In this document: in pieces, positions 16,493-26,503 of the stretch | Layout of the letters: each line of letters opens with the position of its first letter | How positions within the stretch are numbered: the stretch's first letter is position 1 | DNA from: a virus | Taxonomy: Duplodnaviria > Caudoviricetes | Direction: 5' to 3' (one strand) | DNA: 56,698 nucleotides | Virus record (IMG/VR): IMGVR_UViG_3300042698_000010 | Location: 1-56,698 of that record | The notes under the pieces: model-generated | What the model was told of the DNA's origin: nothing | The model's input: the letters and a program-made list of their open reading frames with translations, nothing else | Databases searched by the model: none | Made by a program: the position numbers and the translations under genes

Positions 16493-17553
16493 CAGCTCAC
16501 TTCCAGTTCGTTGCCGTGCGCGGCCACCTGAATGGTCACCTTTTCCTGACCGGGGCTGCCCTCGGTCCCGCCGTCCTCGGACACCTGAAGCCCGGTGATC
16601 TTCAGCCGCTGCGTGATCGTGCGGCAGGTGCTGTCGCTCGTCACGTCCAGGCACCATCCGGGCACCAGGTTGGACACGTCCACGTCGGCCAGCGGGGACA
16701 GCGTGATGTCCTGCGTGTCGATGAACACGGGGACGGCCAGCAGAGGCGCCAGCGCCCCCGCTGCGGCTGCATCGGCAGCGGCCTGGTCCGGGATGTTCCG
16801 CTGCTCGATGTAGCGTTCCAGCAGCCCGTAGTAGGCGTTCGTGCCGCCCGCCGTGCCGACCGGGTCGCCGTCCTCGGTGCCCGCCACGATGACCCGCGTA
16901 GCGAGGCTCGCGCCGTCCTCGGCCACGGACAGGCCCGACGGAAGGTCATCGTCGGACAGCCGCCCGACCACGTCGCAGAAATCGTCGGGCAGGACGATGA
17001 CGCTGGCGCCCACGGCCGTGAAGTCGATCCCGGTGTCTGCCAGGTCGCGGACGTGATCGAGCGTCTGGCCGACGTTGGCCGCGTAGGTCCGGCCGCCCAG
17101 GACGTTGCACGGCCCGATCACGGTGGTGGTGTGTCCGGGGTCGTCAGGCTGGAAGCCGTCGTCAATGAGGGCGGCCGCAATCTCGGTGAGGTCGGTGAGG
17201 TCGAAGGCGAAGTCCTGGTGCGGCACGCGGCGTTCCAGCCAGCCGAGCACGTCGACCGCGCTGATCGACACCTGGTCCTGGTTCCAGTCCACGTTGATGA
17301 TCGGGCCGGTCCACACCAGCCCGGACGCCCCGGTCTCGGTCACGCGGTAGATGTTCAGCTGGTGGCGCCAGCTGCGGATCCCGCCCAGCTCGGCGCAGCA
17401 CTCAAGGCCCGAGACGCCGATGATGGCGGCCGCGGTGCTGACCTCATTCAGCACGCGGTTCCAGCTGACCGCGGTCAGGATGCCCGAGCTGTTGACGTCC
17501 CCGCCGTCCCGGTCGGTGATCGTGTACGCGTGGGTTGCGCAGCCGAGTGCCAT
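16492..17553 (-). CDS. Minor tail protein (baseplate hub / Tal-like)
   Basis: WNRVLNEVS, LVWTGPI and YYGLLER motifs; follows the Dit-like gene. Confidence 0.7.
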   Translation of the reverse strand: MALGCATHAYTITDRDGGDVNSSGILTAVSWNRVLNEVSTAAAIIGVSGLECCAELGGIRSWRHQLNIYRVTETGASGLVWTGPIINVDWNQDQVSISAVDVLGWLERRVPHQDFAFDLTDLTEIAAALIDDGFQPDDPGHTTTVIGPCNVLGGRTYAANVGQTLDHVRDLADTGIDFTAVGASVIVLPDDFCDVVGRLSDDDLPSGLSVAEDGASLATRVIVAGTEDGDPVGTAGGTNAYYGLLERYIEQRNIPDQAAADAAAAGALAPLLAVPVFIDTQDITLSPLADVDVSNLVPGWCLDVTSDSTCRTITQRLKITGLQVSEDGGTEGSPGQEKVTIQVAAHGNELEVS

Positions 17554-18971
17554 CAGTAGCCCCGTCCCGAGATGGACAGTTCGAAGGAAGAGTCGGTGCC
17601 CGGCGGGAACAGCGGGTCGGCTTCCAGGCAGACACAGTATTCGGCACAGTCCAGCGTCTTGATCACCAGCGGGCCGCCGTCGGCCGAACCGAATACGGTC
17701 GACGCGTTGCGGCACTCACCACCACAGTCGAGCGTGGCCCGCCCCGTCTGCCCGTCGATCGTGATAACGCTGCCCGCCGGAACGAACGTGATGTAGAAGT
17801 CATTGACCGGGGCGCAGCGGTCAGCCTCTGCGATCTGGTCGCACGTGAGGCTGGTGCCCGTCGGCTTCTCGTAGAAGGTGACCCGGACGTTGCGCAGCGC
17901 GTTGGCCCCCGCGGTGATCGTCATGATCGGGACGTCCGTCGACCACGTCGGCCGGTTGGTCAGATCGATGCTGTAGCAGGCCGACTCGGGCGCCAGCGGG
18001 GTGCAGAACGGGGCCGAGGGTGAAGAGGGCTGCGGCGGCGCGACCACCGGGTTGAGCGGGTCCGCGCACGCGTCGGCGGCCGGTACGCACTCGGCGTGAA
18101 GGCAGGTCTCGCCGGGGCACGGGTCAGCCGTGAGCACGTCGATGCAGAGGTCGCCGCCCGAGGTGTCCCAGGTGCAGCCGCCCACGCCGGACAGGTCCCA
18201 CAGAATGCAGTCGTCCGCCGTCGCCTCGGGGAAGCACCAGACCAGGCAGTCGCCCTCGCCAGCCTGCGGCCAGCCGACGTCCAGCAGCGGGGTGGGGTCG
18301 GTCCACGCCCACGGGGTGGCGGCCACCAGGACGAACTCAACCGTGACCAGGTCCCCGCCCGCGCAGTTCCCGCGCGCGCAGCTGCCGGTGCTCTGGCGGG
18401 CCACCTCGGTCGGGCCGGACACCAGCGCCGTACGGCGGAAGGTCCGCTTGTGCGCGGCGTCCAGCTGCACGTTGGTGAGCAGCTCGGTCGGGCAGCAGTC
18501 GAACATCTCGAAGCAGTCGCCGTCGCAGCCGCCCGAGCAGCCTGACAGGACCTCGCTCAGGTACTGCATGCCGTAGTCCACGCCGCAGCAGCTGGTGCCC
18601 AGCAGGACGCCCTGCACGGTCATGGTCCTCGGCTGCACCCGGACCGGGCCGAACACACCGCCGCCGCCCACCGCGTTCGTCACGGTCCTGGCGCGCGGGT
18701 TGTCGGTCGTCCCGGTCACCGTGAGCGGCATGAAGCCGAGGAACTCGGCCGAGACGGGAAGGTCGACGTCGAACCAGGGTGCCGGATGCAGCGGATCATC
18801 CGGCGTGGTGTACAGGGTGCCCGGTGCTTCCAGGTTGGCGGGCGTCAGCGTGTCGCAGCTGCACAGCTCGGGGCCCGAGTCGAACGGGCTGCCAACACTC
18901 GTGAGGTAGGCCTGAGTTCGAATGAGGTTCCAGACCTCAATCCCGTTCGCCGCGGCGTAGTCCTTCAGCAT
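17553..18971 (-). CDS. Cys-rich distal tail (Dit-like) minor tail protein
   Basis: APWFD...SAEFLG, PRTMTVQGVL, VEFVLVAATPW, ITIDGQTG. Confidence 0.7.
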   Translation of the reverse strand: MLKDYAAANGIEVWNLIRTQAYLTSVGSPFDSGPELCSCDTLTPANLEAPGTLYTTPDDPLHPAPWFDVDLPVSAEFLGFMPLTVTGTTDNPRARTVTNAVGGGGVFGPVRVQPRTMTVQGVLLGTSCCGVDYGMQYLSEVLSGCSGGCDGDCFEMFDCCPTELLTNVQLDAAHKRTFRRTALVSGPTEVARQSTGSCARGNCAGGDLVTVEFVLVAATPWAWTDPTPLLDVGWPQAGEGDCLVWCFPEATADDCILWDLSGVGGCTWDTSGGDLCIDVLTADPCPGETCLHAECVPAADACADPLNPVVAPPQPSSPSAPFCTPLAPESACYSIDLTNRPTWSTDVPIMTITAGANALRNVRVTFYEKPTGTSLTCDQIAEADRCAPVNDFYITFVPAGSVITIDGQTGRATLDCGGECRNASTVFGSADGGPLVIKTLDCAEYCVCLEADPLFPPGTDSSFELSISGRGY

Positions 18972-19163
18972 GCCCAGGGCGTCCTTTCGGCGGTGGTTGG
19001 TCCCATCGTACCGGCGCAGCGCTGCTCGGCCGGTAGGCGGGCACACAGCGGCCCCGGTGCTCACCACCACCGTCAGGGGTGTGGTTGTTGCACCGGGGCC
19101 GCCGGTCGTCGCCAGGAAGGCTCTGCCATCCTACCGCGTCTGCGCCGCGGGCCCGGACCGCCC

Positions 19164-19547
19164 TTAGCCAGCGCTCAGCACCAGGGCGTCATGCAGGAAC
19201 GGGTTGCCCGCGTAGCCGGGGTGGCGGACCAGCTTCGTATAGATCACCCGCCCGCCGATCTGGAAGCGCAGGTACTTGGCCCGCCTCGGACGGATCAGGT
19301 GGGCCCGGCTGCCGTTGTGCACCAGCACCGTGTGCGGGTTGCTGCTGATCACCTTGATCTCTTTGCCGATCACCGGGCCTTCGTAGATGCCCAGCGGGAT
19401 CGAGCCGTTGTGGGCCGAGAAGATCCGGGCGTAGGTCGCCACGATGGCAGCCCGGCGGCGCAGCAGCGCCTGTCCGTCCGGCCCCTCGGCCAGCCGCCCG
19501 ATGGCGCCCGGTCGGATGACCACCGTTGCGTTACCCCTGCGGGCCAC
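19164..19547 (-). CDS. Neck / tail-completion protein (HK97 gp10-like)
   Basis: LVHNGSRAHLIRP...VRHPGYAGNPFL motif. Confidence 0.65.
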   Translation of the reverse strand: MARRGNATVVIRPGAIGRLAEGPDGQALLRRRAAIVATYARIFSAHNGSIPLGIYEGPVIGKEIKVISSNPHTVLVHNGSRAHLIRPRRAKYLRFQIGGRVIYTKLVRHPGYAGNPFLHDALVLSAG

Positions 19548-19559
19548 AGAACACCCCTT

Positions 19560-20156
19560 CTACGGCGTTACGGGCATGGGGCCAACCACGTCGTCCAGGG
19601 CAACCAGGACGCGTGTCTGAAAGCCCACGCAGGCCCCAGCAGGCCCCAGCGTGTTGGTGGCTGCCAGGACGTAGCGGCGCCCCTTGCGCCCCTCGATCGT
19701 TCCGGCGTAGCAGCACAGCACCGCCCGCTGGACCGCGAGCATGTCGGCATGCAGCTGCATGGCGGTCATGCCCAGCTCTTCGCAGCTCGGCGGGCAGCCC
19801 TCGTCGGTCGGCATAGGCGAGCACCGCCACAGCGTGACCGCCAGCTCGACTACCGTCACCGCGGGAAGAGCACAGTTCTTCGAGTCGCGGACCGTGCTGA
19901 TCTCTCGCGGGAAGCTGACCGCGTCCGAGGTGAACAGACGGACCACGTTCACAGTCAGCTGACCAGGGTACTCACCGGGCTGTATGTCGCAGCCGCCGTC
20001 GCAGCCGTCGGCCGCCGGGGCGCCGGGCACCACGCAGACGCGGCATGGGCAGCCAGCCAGCCCCGGCACCTCGGTAGGAAGGCCCGCCAGTGAGTCGCAC
20101 GCGCAGTTCAGCAGCGCCTCGGCCGCCTCATGGACGGCCAGGATCGAGAGCGTCAC
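19560..20156 (-). CDS. Head-tail connector / tail terminator-like protein
   Basis: GTGA coupling; ends in LGPAGACVG; position in operon. Confidence 0.6.
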   Translation of the reverse strand: MTLSILAVHEAAEALLNCACDSLAGLPTEVPGLAGCPCRVCVVPGAPAADGCDGGCDIQPGEYPGQLTVNVVRLFTSDAVSFPREISTVRDSKNCALPAVTVVELAVTLWRCSPMPTDEGCPPSCEELGMTAMQLHADMLAVQRAVLCCYAGTIEGRKGRRYVLAATNTLGPAGACVGFQTRVLVALDDVVGPMPVTP

Positions 20157-21025
20157 GGCGAGACCACCGGCCCGTACCAGACCCGCGGCGGACGGGGGCT
20201 GTCCGGCGAGACGACCCTCATCTGTCGGGGCAGCTTCGACGGGTTCACCATGTGCAGCCACTGATCCACCAGCGGGATGCCGGTCCGGCCGTCGGTCAGC
20301 GCCTGCTGGGGGTCGACGAACTCAAGCTCGACACCCTGGCGCGACAGCCGCGAGAGGTTCTGCCGCGACCCGACCCCGCAGCCGCAGCCCTTGCAGCCCT
20401 GAAGGTAGTGCTCGGTCAGCTTGGACAGCGCCTGGATGCCGAGCTTGGACAGCGGCAGCCCGGTGCGGTACACGACCGTGAAGGTGTTGGCCGAGCCCGG
20501 CGGTCGGCTCATGTCCTGGCAGCTCGGCCAGCACGTCCCGCCGGGGGTGTCCTCGGGCGCCAGGTCGCTGCGCACCAGGTACCGGCCGTCCAGGATCCCG
20601 TAGGTAGCCGGGTCGACAACGTCCCCGTCGATGTCCACCGAGACAATGTCGTAGATCGGCCCCGGAAGGTAGACCTCGCACAGCTCGGGCCCGCAGTGGC
20701 ACTGGGCGGCGCAACCGCACAGCGAGGCGTTGAACATCAGGCCGCGGTCCATGAAGGGGATGAACTGGCCCGTCCCCTGGTAGGCCTGGCCCTGGTAGAG
20801 GAACCGGCCGAAGAGGCCGAAGCTCTCGGCGCAGGACTTGCGGCAGGGGCGCACGGTGACCGGGCAGCTCGGCCCGAAGCGGTTGCCGGACAGGCCGAAG
20901 AGCAGCTCGGCGGCGGCCCACTGCTGCGTGGTGATCTGCTCTTCCGTGGTCCCGTCCGGGATCTTCATGCACGTGCGGTCGATCGTCCAGCCGTCAAGGC
21001 TGCACAGACCCGAGGCGAGAGGCAC
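20153..21025 (-). CDS. Head-to-tail adaptor
   Basis: CPVTVRPC, LPGPIYDIVSV, WPSCQDM, LSRQGV and TGIPLVDQWL motifs. Confidence 0.75.
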   Translation of the reverse strand: MPLASGLCSLDGWTIDRTCMKIPDGTTEEQITTQQWAAAELLFGLSGNRFGPSCPVTVRPCRKSCAESFGLFGRFLYQGQAYQGTGQFIPFMDRGLMFNASLCGCAAQCHCGPELCEVYLPGPIYDIVSVDIDGDVVDPATYGILDGRYLVRSDLAPEDTPGGTCWPSCQDMSRPPGSANTFTVVYRTGLPLSKLGIQALSKLTEHYLQGCKGCGCGVGSRQNLSRLSRQGVELEFVDPQQALTDGRTGIPLVDQWLHMVNPSKLPRQMRVVSPDSPRPPRVWYGPVVSP

Positions 21026-21115
21026 AGCCCGTCCCTTCGTTGCGGTGGTTGCAGGTGTTGCAGTGCCGCAACGGGCCGCGTTGCAGAGGCGCAACGCGGC
21101 CCGTTGCCCCGGCGC

Positions 21116-21817
21116 TTACGGGGCCGGGGTCGGAACCGTGGTGTAGTCGCAGTTGGGGTCCGGGGTCGGCGGCGCCACCGTGGTCGTCTGGATACGGCGG
21201 TGGCAGGTGCTGCCCAGCGGGGTCAGCAGCGGGCCGGGGGTGCCCGGCGCAACGCCGTTCAGCACGACGTTGTACGGGCCGACACCCCACTGGCCGCCCG
21301 CACGGGTCGAGCCGAGAAGCTGGAAGGTGACCGCCTCGGAACCGATCGACAGGTCCGAGATGTAGCCGTTGCTGATCCACGGCATGAGCACGTAGAGGAA
21401 CTTCGGCAGCCCGGTAGCCGAGCAGGCCTGGCCCACCAGCTCGGCCCAGAATTCCAGCGCGAAGCCACCGTCGCACTTGATCGAGCAGTCGTCCCAGCCC
21501 GCCGGGTCACCGGTGTTGTCGAGCACCAGCGGCGAACTGGTGAGGACGTCGACCAGCTCGGGGCTGACCTGGAAGAAGTTGAACTCGGTGTCGTAGCCAA
21601 GCAGCGTCGGGCAGCCGCGCTTGACACCGCAGAGGTTGCCGTTCGCCGCGCGGTAGAGCACGTCGTCCGGCGTGTCGATGTTCGGGTTCATCGCGATGGA
21701 CGCGACGCACTCGCTGACGAAGGCGTTCGGGCCGGGGATCGGCTTGCCACACGCGTCCAGCTTCGTGACGCGGACCACGTCAAGGTTGGCAATCAGGTCG
21801 CAGGTAATGGGAACCAC
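21116..21817 (-). CDS. Major tail protein
   Basis: VRVTKLDACG, ANGNLC, FALEFW and WGVGPYNV motifs; has its own promoter and terminator. Confidence 0.8.
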   Translation of the reverse strand: MVPITCDLIANLDVVRVTKLDACGKPIPGPNAFVSECVASIAMNPNIDTPDDVLYRAANGNLCGVKRGCPTLLGYDTEFNFFQVSPELVDVLTSSPLVLDNTGDPAGWDDCSIKCDGGFALEFWAELVGQACSATGLPKFLYVLMPWISNGYISDLSIGSEAVTFQLLGSTRAGGQWGVGPYNVVLNGVAPGTPGPLLTPLGSTCHRRIQTTTVAPPTPDPNCDYTTVPTPAP

Positions 21818-21859
21818 CTCTTCGGGCGGGGGCGCCGAGCGCCCGACATGCCCGGCCTA

Positions 21860-21910
21860 CCGCCAGCGGCTTCACCGGTCAGGATACCTGGCCCGGCATG
21901 CCGCTGGCGG
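21860..21910 (-). promoter_or_regulatory. Palindrome-enclosed late promoter of the major tail gene
   Basis: CCGCCAGCGGC-N29-GCCGCTGGCGG with a minus-strand TATCCT near the centre. Confidence 0.6.
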
Positions 21911-21920
21911 CCGTGGCAGC

Positions 21921-22280
21921 CTACGTGTAGGTCCACCCGCTGATCGTCGCCGAGCTGGACCCGGCGGCGCCAGTGGCGAACACGAGCGTGACGGCGTTCT
22001 CGGCGGGTGCCTTGACCACCACCTCGAATTCGCAGGAATCGGCGGCAGCCGCAGCCAGCAAACCGGTGACGGTCAGCCGCGCGATGACGGTCCCCGCGGC
22101 CGGGGCCGCGTTGGTGCCCTGGACCGTGACGGTCGGGGTCGACGTACCGGCCACGGCCACGGCCGCGGTCAGCAGGATGTTGGCGGTCAGCGTGTTGCCC
22201 GCCGGAACGGTGGCCAGCGTCCCGTTGGCCGTGAGCGAGTTGCCGATGATCTGGTCTGAGCCGGGGCTGCCGGGGAACAT
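21921..22280 (-). CDS. Putative virion protein
   Basis: A/T/V-rich beta sandwich; translational coupling. Confidence 0.7.
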   Translation of the reverse strand: MFPGSPGSDQIIGNSLTANGTLATVPAGNTLTANILLTAAVAVAGTSTPTVTVQGTNAAPAAGTVIARLTVTGLLAAAAADSCEFEVVVKAPAENAVTLVFATGAAGSSSATISGWTYT

Positions 22281-22819
22281 CAGGCCTCATTCCATGCGAT
22301 CGAGAGGTTCCAGCGCTGGTCGGTGTCGCCGGTCTCGGTGCGCAGCACGGTGCCTTCACCGGGCAACAGCGTGATCGAGCCGGACGCGATGGTGGCGGGC
22401 ACCTGGTGGATGAACGGTGACGAACCCTTGGACGCACCGAGCAGCGGGGGCGAGTTGAACCACGCTGCGCCGAGCGTCGCCGCCGGGTTGCCGGTACGGA
22501 TCTGGGCCGTCGGTGTCGGCATGTTGGACCGCACCTTGCCGATGGACGCCGATGCTTCCAGCGTCCCGCCCGAGATGGCGGTGGCCAGCCACCCGCGCAT
22601 CGGGTCGACGGTCGCCGCCACGTCGGCGACGATGATCGAGCTGATGAATACACCGGCGACCAGGATCGTGCGGCCGCTGCCCACGGGGTTGACCAGGGCC
22701 AGGAAGTTGTTCGCCGCGACCACCCCCGGAATCTGCGGCTGACTGAAGACGTACCCGCCCTTGAACACCGGGTTCGTGACCGGGTAGGTCCCGGTCAGCC
22801 CGTTGATTGCTACTACCAT
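22280..22819 (-). CDS. Putative virion protein
   Basis: RBS GAGG; operon context. Confidence 0.7.
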   Translation of the reverse strand: MVVAINGLTGTYPVTNPVFKGGYVFSQPQIPGVVAANNFLALVNPVGSGRTILVAGVFISSIIVADVAATVDPMRGWLATAISGGTLEASASIGKVRSNMPTPTAQIRTGNPAATLGAAWFNSPPLLGASKGSSPFIHQVPATIASGSITLLPGEGTVLRTETGDTDQRWNLSIAWNEA

Positions 22820-22831
22820 GCCTCACACCCC

Positions 22832-23500
22832 CTAGGCGTACATCAGAGTTGCGGTGACCGAGCCGCCACCGACAACAACCTCGGACACTGTCCCGCGGAA
22901 GTACCGGAAGGCGCCCCCGTCAAGCGTCAGATACTGGTTCACGCCCGTGGCCAGGTTGCCGGTGGACGCCAGCCGCACCCAGTTGGCCCCGTCCTGGCTG
23001 GCCTGAAGGTCGACCACGCCGGACGTTACGGTGCCGTTCACCAGGGCAAAGAGGGTGACGTTCTTCTTCGCGTTGGCGAAGTCCACGGTGGTGCCGTTGC
23101 TGACCGCGGTGGCGGTCGTTAACGTCGTGCTGGCTGTGGTGGACCCGGCCGGGGCCGTGGTCACGGTACCCGCGACGCTGGACACCGCGACGGTTCCGCC
23201 GACGGTCACCGTGCCCGCGACGCTGGACACCGCGACGGTGCCGGACACGCCGATCGGCTGGCCGGTGATGCTGACCGGGACCGTGCCGACGATGGTGGCG
23301 TTGGTAGAGATCGGCTGGCCGGTGATCCCGACGCTGCCCGAGACCGGGACCGTGCCCAGTACGTTGACGTCCACCGGCTCGGCGATGGCAACCGTGTTGA
23401 GCACGTTGACGTCAATGGGCTGGTCCGTGATCTCTACCTGCTGGACCACACCGGGCGCGCCGCCGCAGCACGGCTGCGGGTCGAAGCTCGGCGTGCTCAC
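22832..23500 (-). CDS. Putative virion (decoration/fibre) protein with short tandem repeats
   Basis: GTVPVS, ITGQPI and GTVAVSSVAGTVT repeats. Confidence 0.7.
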   Translation of the reverse strand: MSTPSFDPQPCCGGAPGVVQQVEITDQPIDVNVLNTVAIAEPVDVNVLGTVPVSGSVGITGQPISTNATIVGTVPVSITGQPIGVSGTVAVSSVAGTVTVGGTVAVSSVAGTVTTAPAGSTTASTTLTTATAVSNGTTVDFANAKKNVTLFALVNGTVTSGVVDLQASQDGANWVRLASTGNLATGVNQYLTLDGGAFRYFRGTVSEVVVGGGSVTATLMYA

Positions 23501-23871
23501 TTCCCAGCCAGCTTCGCGGACGATTCCGCACGCTTGCGGGGACGGCGGGTCGGCAGCGTGGACTTGACCGTGGTGGCGGGCTGCTCACCGGCCAGGTCCC
23601 GCAGGACAGCCAGCGGGTCGGCCTCTTCCCGGCCCGTGGCGGGGGTCTCAGGGGCCTTCGGCTCGGGCTGCGGTACGTCGGGGCCGCCGTAGGCGTAGCC
23701 GTCCACGTAGGCCCCTTCCAGCAGCTCGGGCGGGACGCTCGGGTACAGGTCCAGCGGCACGTCCCAGGACGTTGCGCTGGACGTCTGAAGGGGCGGGTCC
23801 TGCGACAGCCCCCACAGCGCGAAGGCCGGACGCTTCGGGCCGTCCGGTTCAATGGAAATCGGGTCGTTCAC
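23497..23871 (-). CDS. Hypothetical protein downstream of the capsid genes
   Basis: RBS GAGGGGGA before GTG 23871. Confidence 0.65.
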   Translation of the reverse strand: MNDPISIEPDGPKRPAFALWGLSQDPPLQTSSATSWDVPLDLYPSVPPELLEGAYVDGYAYGGPDVPQPEPKAPETPATGREEADPLAVLRDLAGEQPATTVKSTLPTRRPRKRAESSAKLAGK

Positions 23872-23888
23872 TGCGCTTCCCCCTCGGA

Positions 23889-24758
23889 TCAGCAGCAGGC
23901 GGACAGGTCGACGCGGACCGCGGCTGCCTTGCAGCACGCGACCTCGGTAACGAAGGTGGTCTCGGCCAGCGACCGGCGGTCGTTGACGGTGGTGTTCACG
24001 CCCTGCCACTCGCGGTTCATGACCAGGCTGCGGTCATCGCGGCGGATGCGCAGCGGCGGCGTGATGTACAGCCAGGCCTCGCCCGTCGGGGCTGCGACCG
24101 GCGGGCCGGGCAGCGCGACGGGGCCGACGTTGGCGGCGTAGCCCGCACCGATGATGACGGCGTTCCCGGCCCAGGTCCGGTAGCACTCTTCGTCACCGGT
24201 GCCGGTGATCTGGTGGTGCATGCCGAGCAGCGACGCGGTCCCGATCGGCGCGTGAAGGATGCCCTGGCCGCCGTAGTTGGTGCCGAGCCACGATTCCAGG
24301 ATGCCGATGCCGTTGACGATGTGGACGGCACCGGCGCCGGGGGTGAGGTCGACCGTGTGCGTGGCGTTGGCAAGCCAGCGGGTCATGAACCAGTTCTCAA
24401 GGGCCGCCTGCTCGCCCCTGGCCAGCTGGTCCATGGCTGCCTGTCCGGCTTCCTGGAAGCTCATGCCGATGGTGCTGCACTCGAAACCGGCATACGCCGT
24501 GAACGGCTCGAAGGTGCACGCGTCCGGCCGGTCGAAGATCTTCGACGCCGGGTTGGTCCAGGGGAACTCACCTGCCGTGGCGGTCGGGCAGTTCTGCCAC
24601 GGGTGGGCGGCCTCACAGCTGGCGGGCAGCAGATCAGTGCCGTTCAGCTGGTGCCCGTCGGTGGCGACCACCACCGGCACGCAGCCGCCGAGCAGGCCGT
24701 GAGGCGAAGGCTCGCCAGTGATCGGCGGGACGAGTGCCCGCATTCCGGCGTCAGGCAT
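23889..24758 (-). CDS. Second capsid protein (pentamer-type)
   Basis: PHGLL, FEPFTAYAGFECS, GEQAALE and GQGILH motifs; follows the major capsid gene, as in two-capsid-protein actinophages. Confidence 0.7.
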   Translation of the reverse strand: MPDAGMRALVPPITGEPSPHGLLGGCVPVVVATDGHQLNGTDLLPASCEAAHPWQNCPTATAGEFPWTNPASKIFDRPDACTFEPFTAYAGFECSTIGMSFQEAGQAAMDQLARGEQAALENWFMTRWLANATHTVDLTPGAGAVHIVNGIGILESWLGTNYGGQGILHAPIGTASLLGMHHQITGTGDEECYRTWAGNAVIIGAGYAANVGPVALPGPPVAAPTGEAWLYITPPLRIRRDDRSLVMNREWQGVNTTVNDRRSLAETTFVTEVACCKAAAVRVDLSACC

Positions 24759-24808
24759 GGTGGCCCCTTCTGATTGACGTCGCTCTTATGGTATCCGCCG
24801 CAAATGCA

Positions 24809-24844
24809 GACGGGCCCCGGCCGCCGTAGCAGCCGGGGCCCGTC
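24809..24844 (-). terminator. Hairpin terminator after the major capsid gene
   Basis: GACGGGCCCCGGC / GCCGGGGCCCGTC. Confidence 0.65.
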
Positions 24845-24859
24845 CTCACCCGATCAGGA

Positions 24860-26503
24860 TCACGGGCAGGTGTCGACGGCGTTGCGCGCGCCGACCTCGC
24901 CCGAGGCGCAGACGGTCACGGTGACGCGACGGGCCAGGCCCATGCGGTCGATCAGGACGACGGCCTCTTCCGAGAAGATCTTCTCGTCGTTGGTCGTGAC
25001 GGTCACCGAGTCGATGATGACACCCAGGTTGACCTCGGGACCACGGCCGATCTGGAAGTTGCCCGCCGGGTAGATCAGGAACTCGACATCCGCGGGCCAC
25101 ACGGTCGCCGGGGTGGCGTTGCCGATGTTGGTCGGGACGTCCGGGGCCAGGCCGCGGGCGAACTGGATCGACACGCCGAGCTGCGCGAACGCGGCGCGAA
25201 GGTCCGCCTCGGACACATCCAGGGTGTCCTTGCCCTGCTGGCGGGCCAGGTCTGCCAGCATCATGTTCCGCATCCAGAACGGGAACACGACTTCGAGCTC
25301 GGTCCCGTCGCAGAGGTTGAACCGCTCGATCATGTCCGCGGCCTGAAGGGCCACGGCGTAGTAGAGCTGGCTGAAGGCGGCGAAGCTGGTCGCGGCCGGG
25401 ATGGTGACAGCCGTGGTCGCGGCGGACAGCCGGGCCTGGTTGTACATCTCGGTCTTGACCCGGATCTCATGCGCCACCATGGCGTTGCGGACGTACCAGT
25501 CCACCATCTCGGGGAAGAAGCGCTGGGTCAGGATGCCCACCGAGAGGCAGACACCGATCGCCTCGGCACGGACGTCGATCGGGGCCGGGCAGGGGATGAC
25601 GAAGCACGGCTTGTCCGGGCCCGCGGGCTGCGTGGCGGCCGCGATGTCCTGCGCCTCGGTCCAGGTCCACGTCAGCGACGCGACGTCCAGGGTCGGGGTG
25701 CGGAAGAACCGCAGGCCACCGCGGTTCAGCTGGACCTCGGGCGCGTCCCACAGCATGTCCGGGCACGCGATGTCCGCGATGTCGTAGATCGTCTCGGACG
25801 GGGCGCACCAGCCACCGGACGCCACCAGGTCGCCCGCGGGCAGACGCGACTGCTTGGCGGCCAGCATGACCGCCTTGCTGCCCTCGGGGGCCGAGGACGA
25901 GTCCTTGACGACCAGCGAGTCCGGGAACGGCAGGCGGTAGGACGCCACCATGCCCGTGCCGCCGCCGGACGTCTTCAGACCCTGGGCGCGCTTCATGGCG
26001 CCGTCTACGATCTGGTCCAGCTCGATGTCCTCGCCCGGACGGTAGCCGGGGACGTCGACCGAGGCGGTGATCTCGATGCCGGTCGGGCTCTCGGCGGGCA
26101 GGTAGCGGGACAGCCCCGACGGCGTGCCGCTCTGCTTGGCGCGGACGGCGGCCAGGTTGAGCGAGCGGCGCGCGGCAGCGGTCACCACGGCGGTCGGCTC
26201 GATCACCTCGGGCTCGGTCACCTCGGGCTCGGTCACCTCGGCCTCAGGCTCGCCGAACACCTCGGCGGTGAGCGCGTCGATCTCGGCGGCGGCGGCCTCG
26301 GCCGCGGCGGTGCGCTCGGCCTGCTCGGCCTTCAGTGCGGCGATGGACGCCTTCAGCGAACGCAGGTTCGGAAGGGTGCTGGTGGTCGCCACGGTGGTGG
26401 AAGAGACGGCCTTGAAGGACCGCACGGCGGCCGCGAGGTTCGCGTCCAGGTCCTCGTCCGAGAGACGCGTGATGTCCTCGGGCAGTTCGTAGATCTCGGC
26501 CAT
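24860..26503 (-). CDS. Major capsid protein (hexamer-type) with an N-terminal scaffold
   Basis: Helical N-terminus; LVASGGWCAPSETIYD, RGGLRF, KPCFVIPCP and FPEMVD motifs. Confidence 0.85.
   Translation of the reverse strand: MAEIYELPEDITRLSDEDLDANLAAAVRSFKAVSSTTVATTSTLPNLRSLKASIAALKAEQAERTAAAEAAAAEIDALTAEVFGEPEAEVTEPEVTEPEVIEPTAVVTAAARRSLNLAAVRAKQSGTPSGLSRYLPAESPTGIEITASVDVPGYRPGEDIELDQIVDGAMKRAQGLKTSGGGTGMVASYRLPFPDSLVVKDSSSAPEGSKAVMLAAKQSRLPAGDLVASGGWCAPSETIYDIADIACPDMLWDAPEVQLNRGGLRFFRTPTLDVASLTWTWTEAQDIAAATQPAGPDKPCFVIPCPAPIDVRAEAIGVCLSVGILTQRFFPEMVDWYVRNAMVAHEIRVKTEMYNQARLSAATTAVTIPAATSFAAFSQLYYAVALQAADMIERFNLCDGTELEVVFPFWMRNMMLADLARQQGKDTLDVSEADLRAAFAQLGVSIQFARGLAPDVPTNIGNATPATVWPADVEFLIYPAGNFQIGRGPEVNLGVIIDSVTVTTNDEKIFSEEAVVLIDRMGLARRVTVTVCASGEVGARNAVDTCP

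Noticed and set aside
26197-26250. 15-bp tandem repeat in the capsid gene
   Set aside because: It encodes an EPEVT low-complexity linker between scaffold and capsid domains
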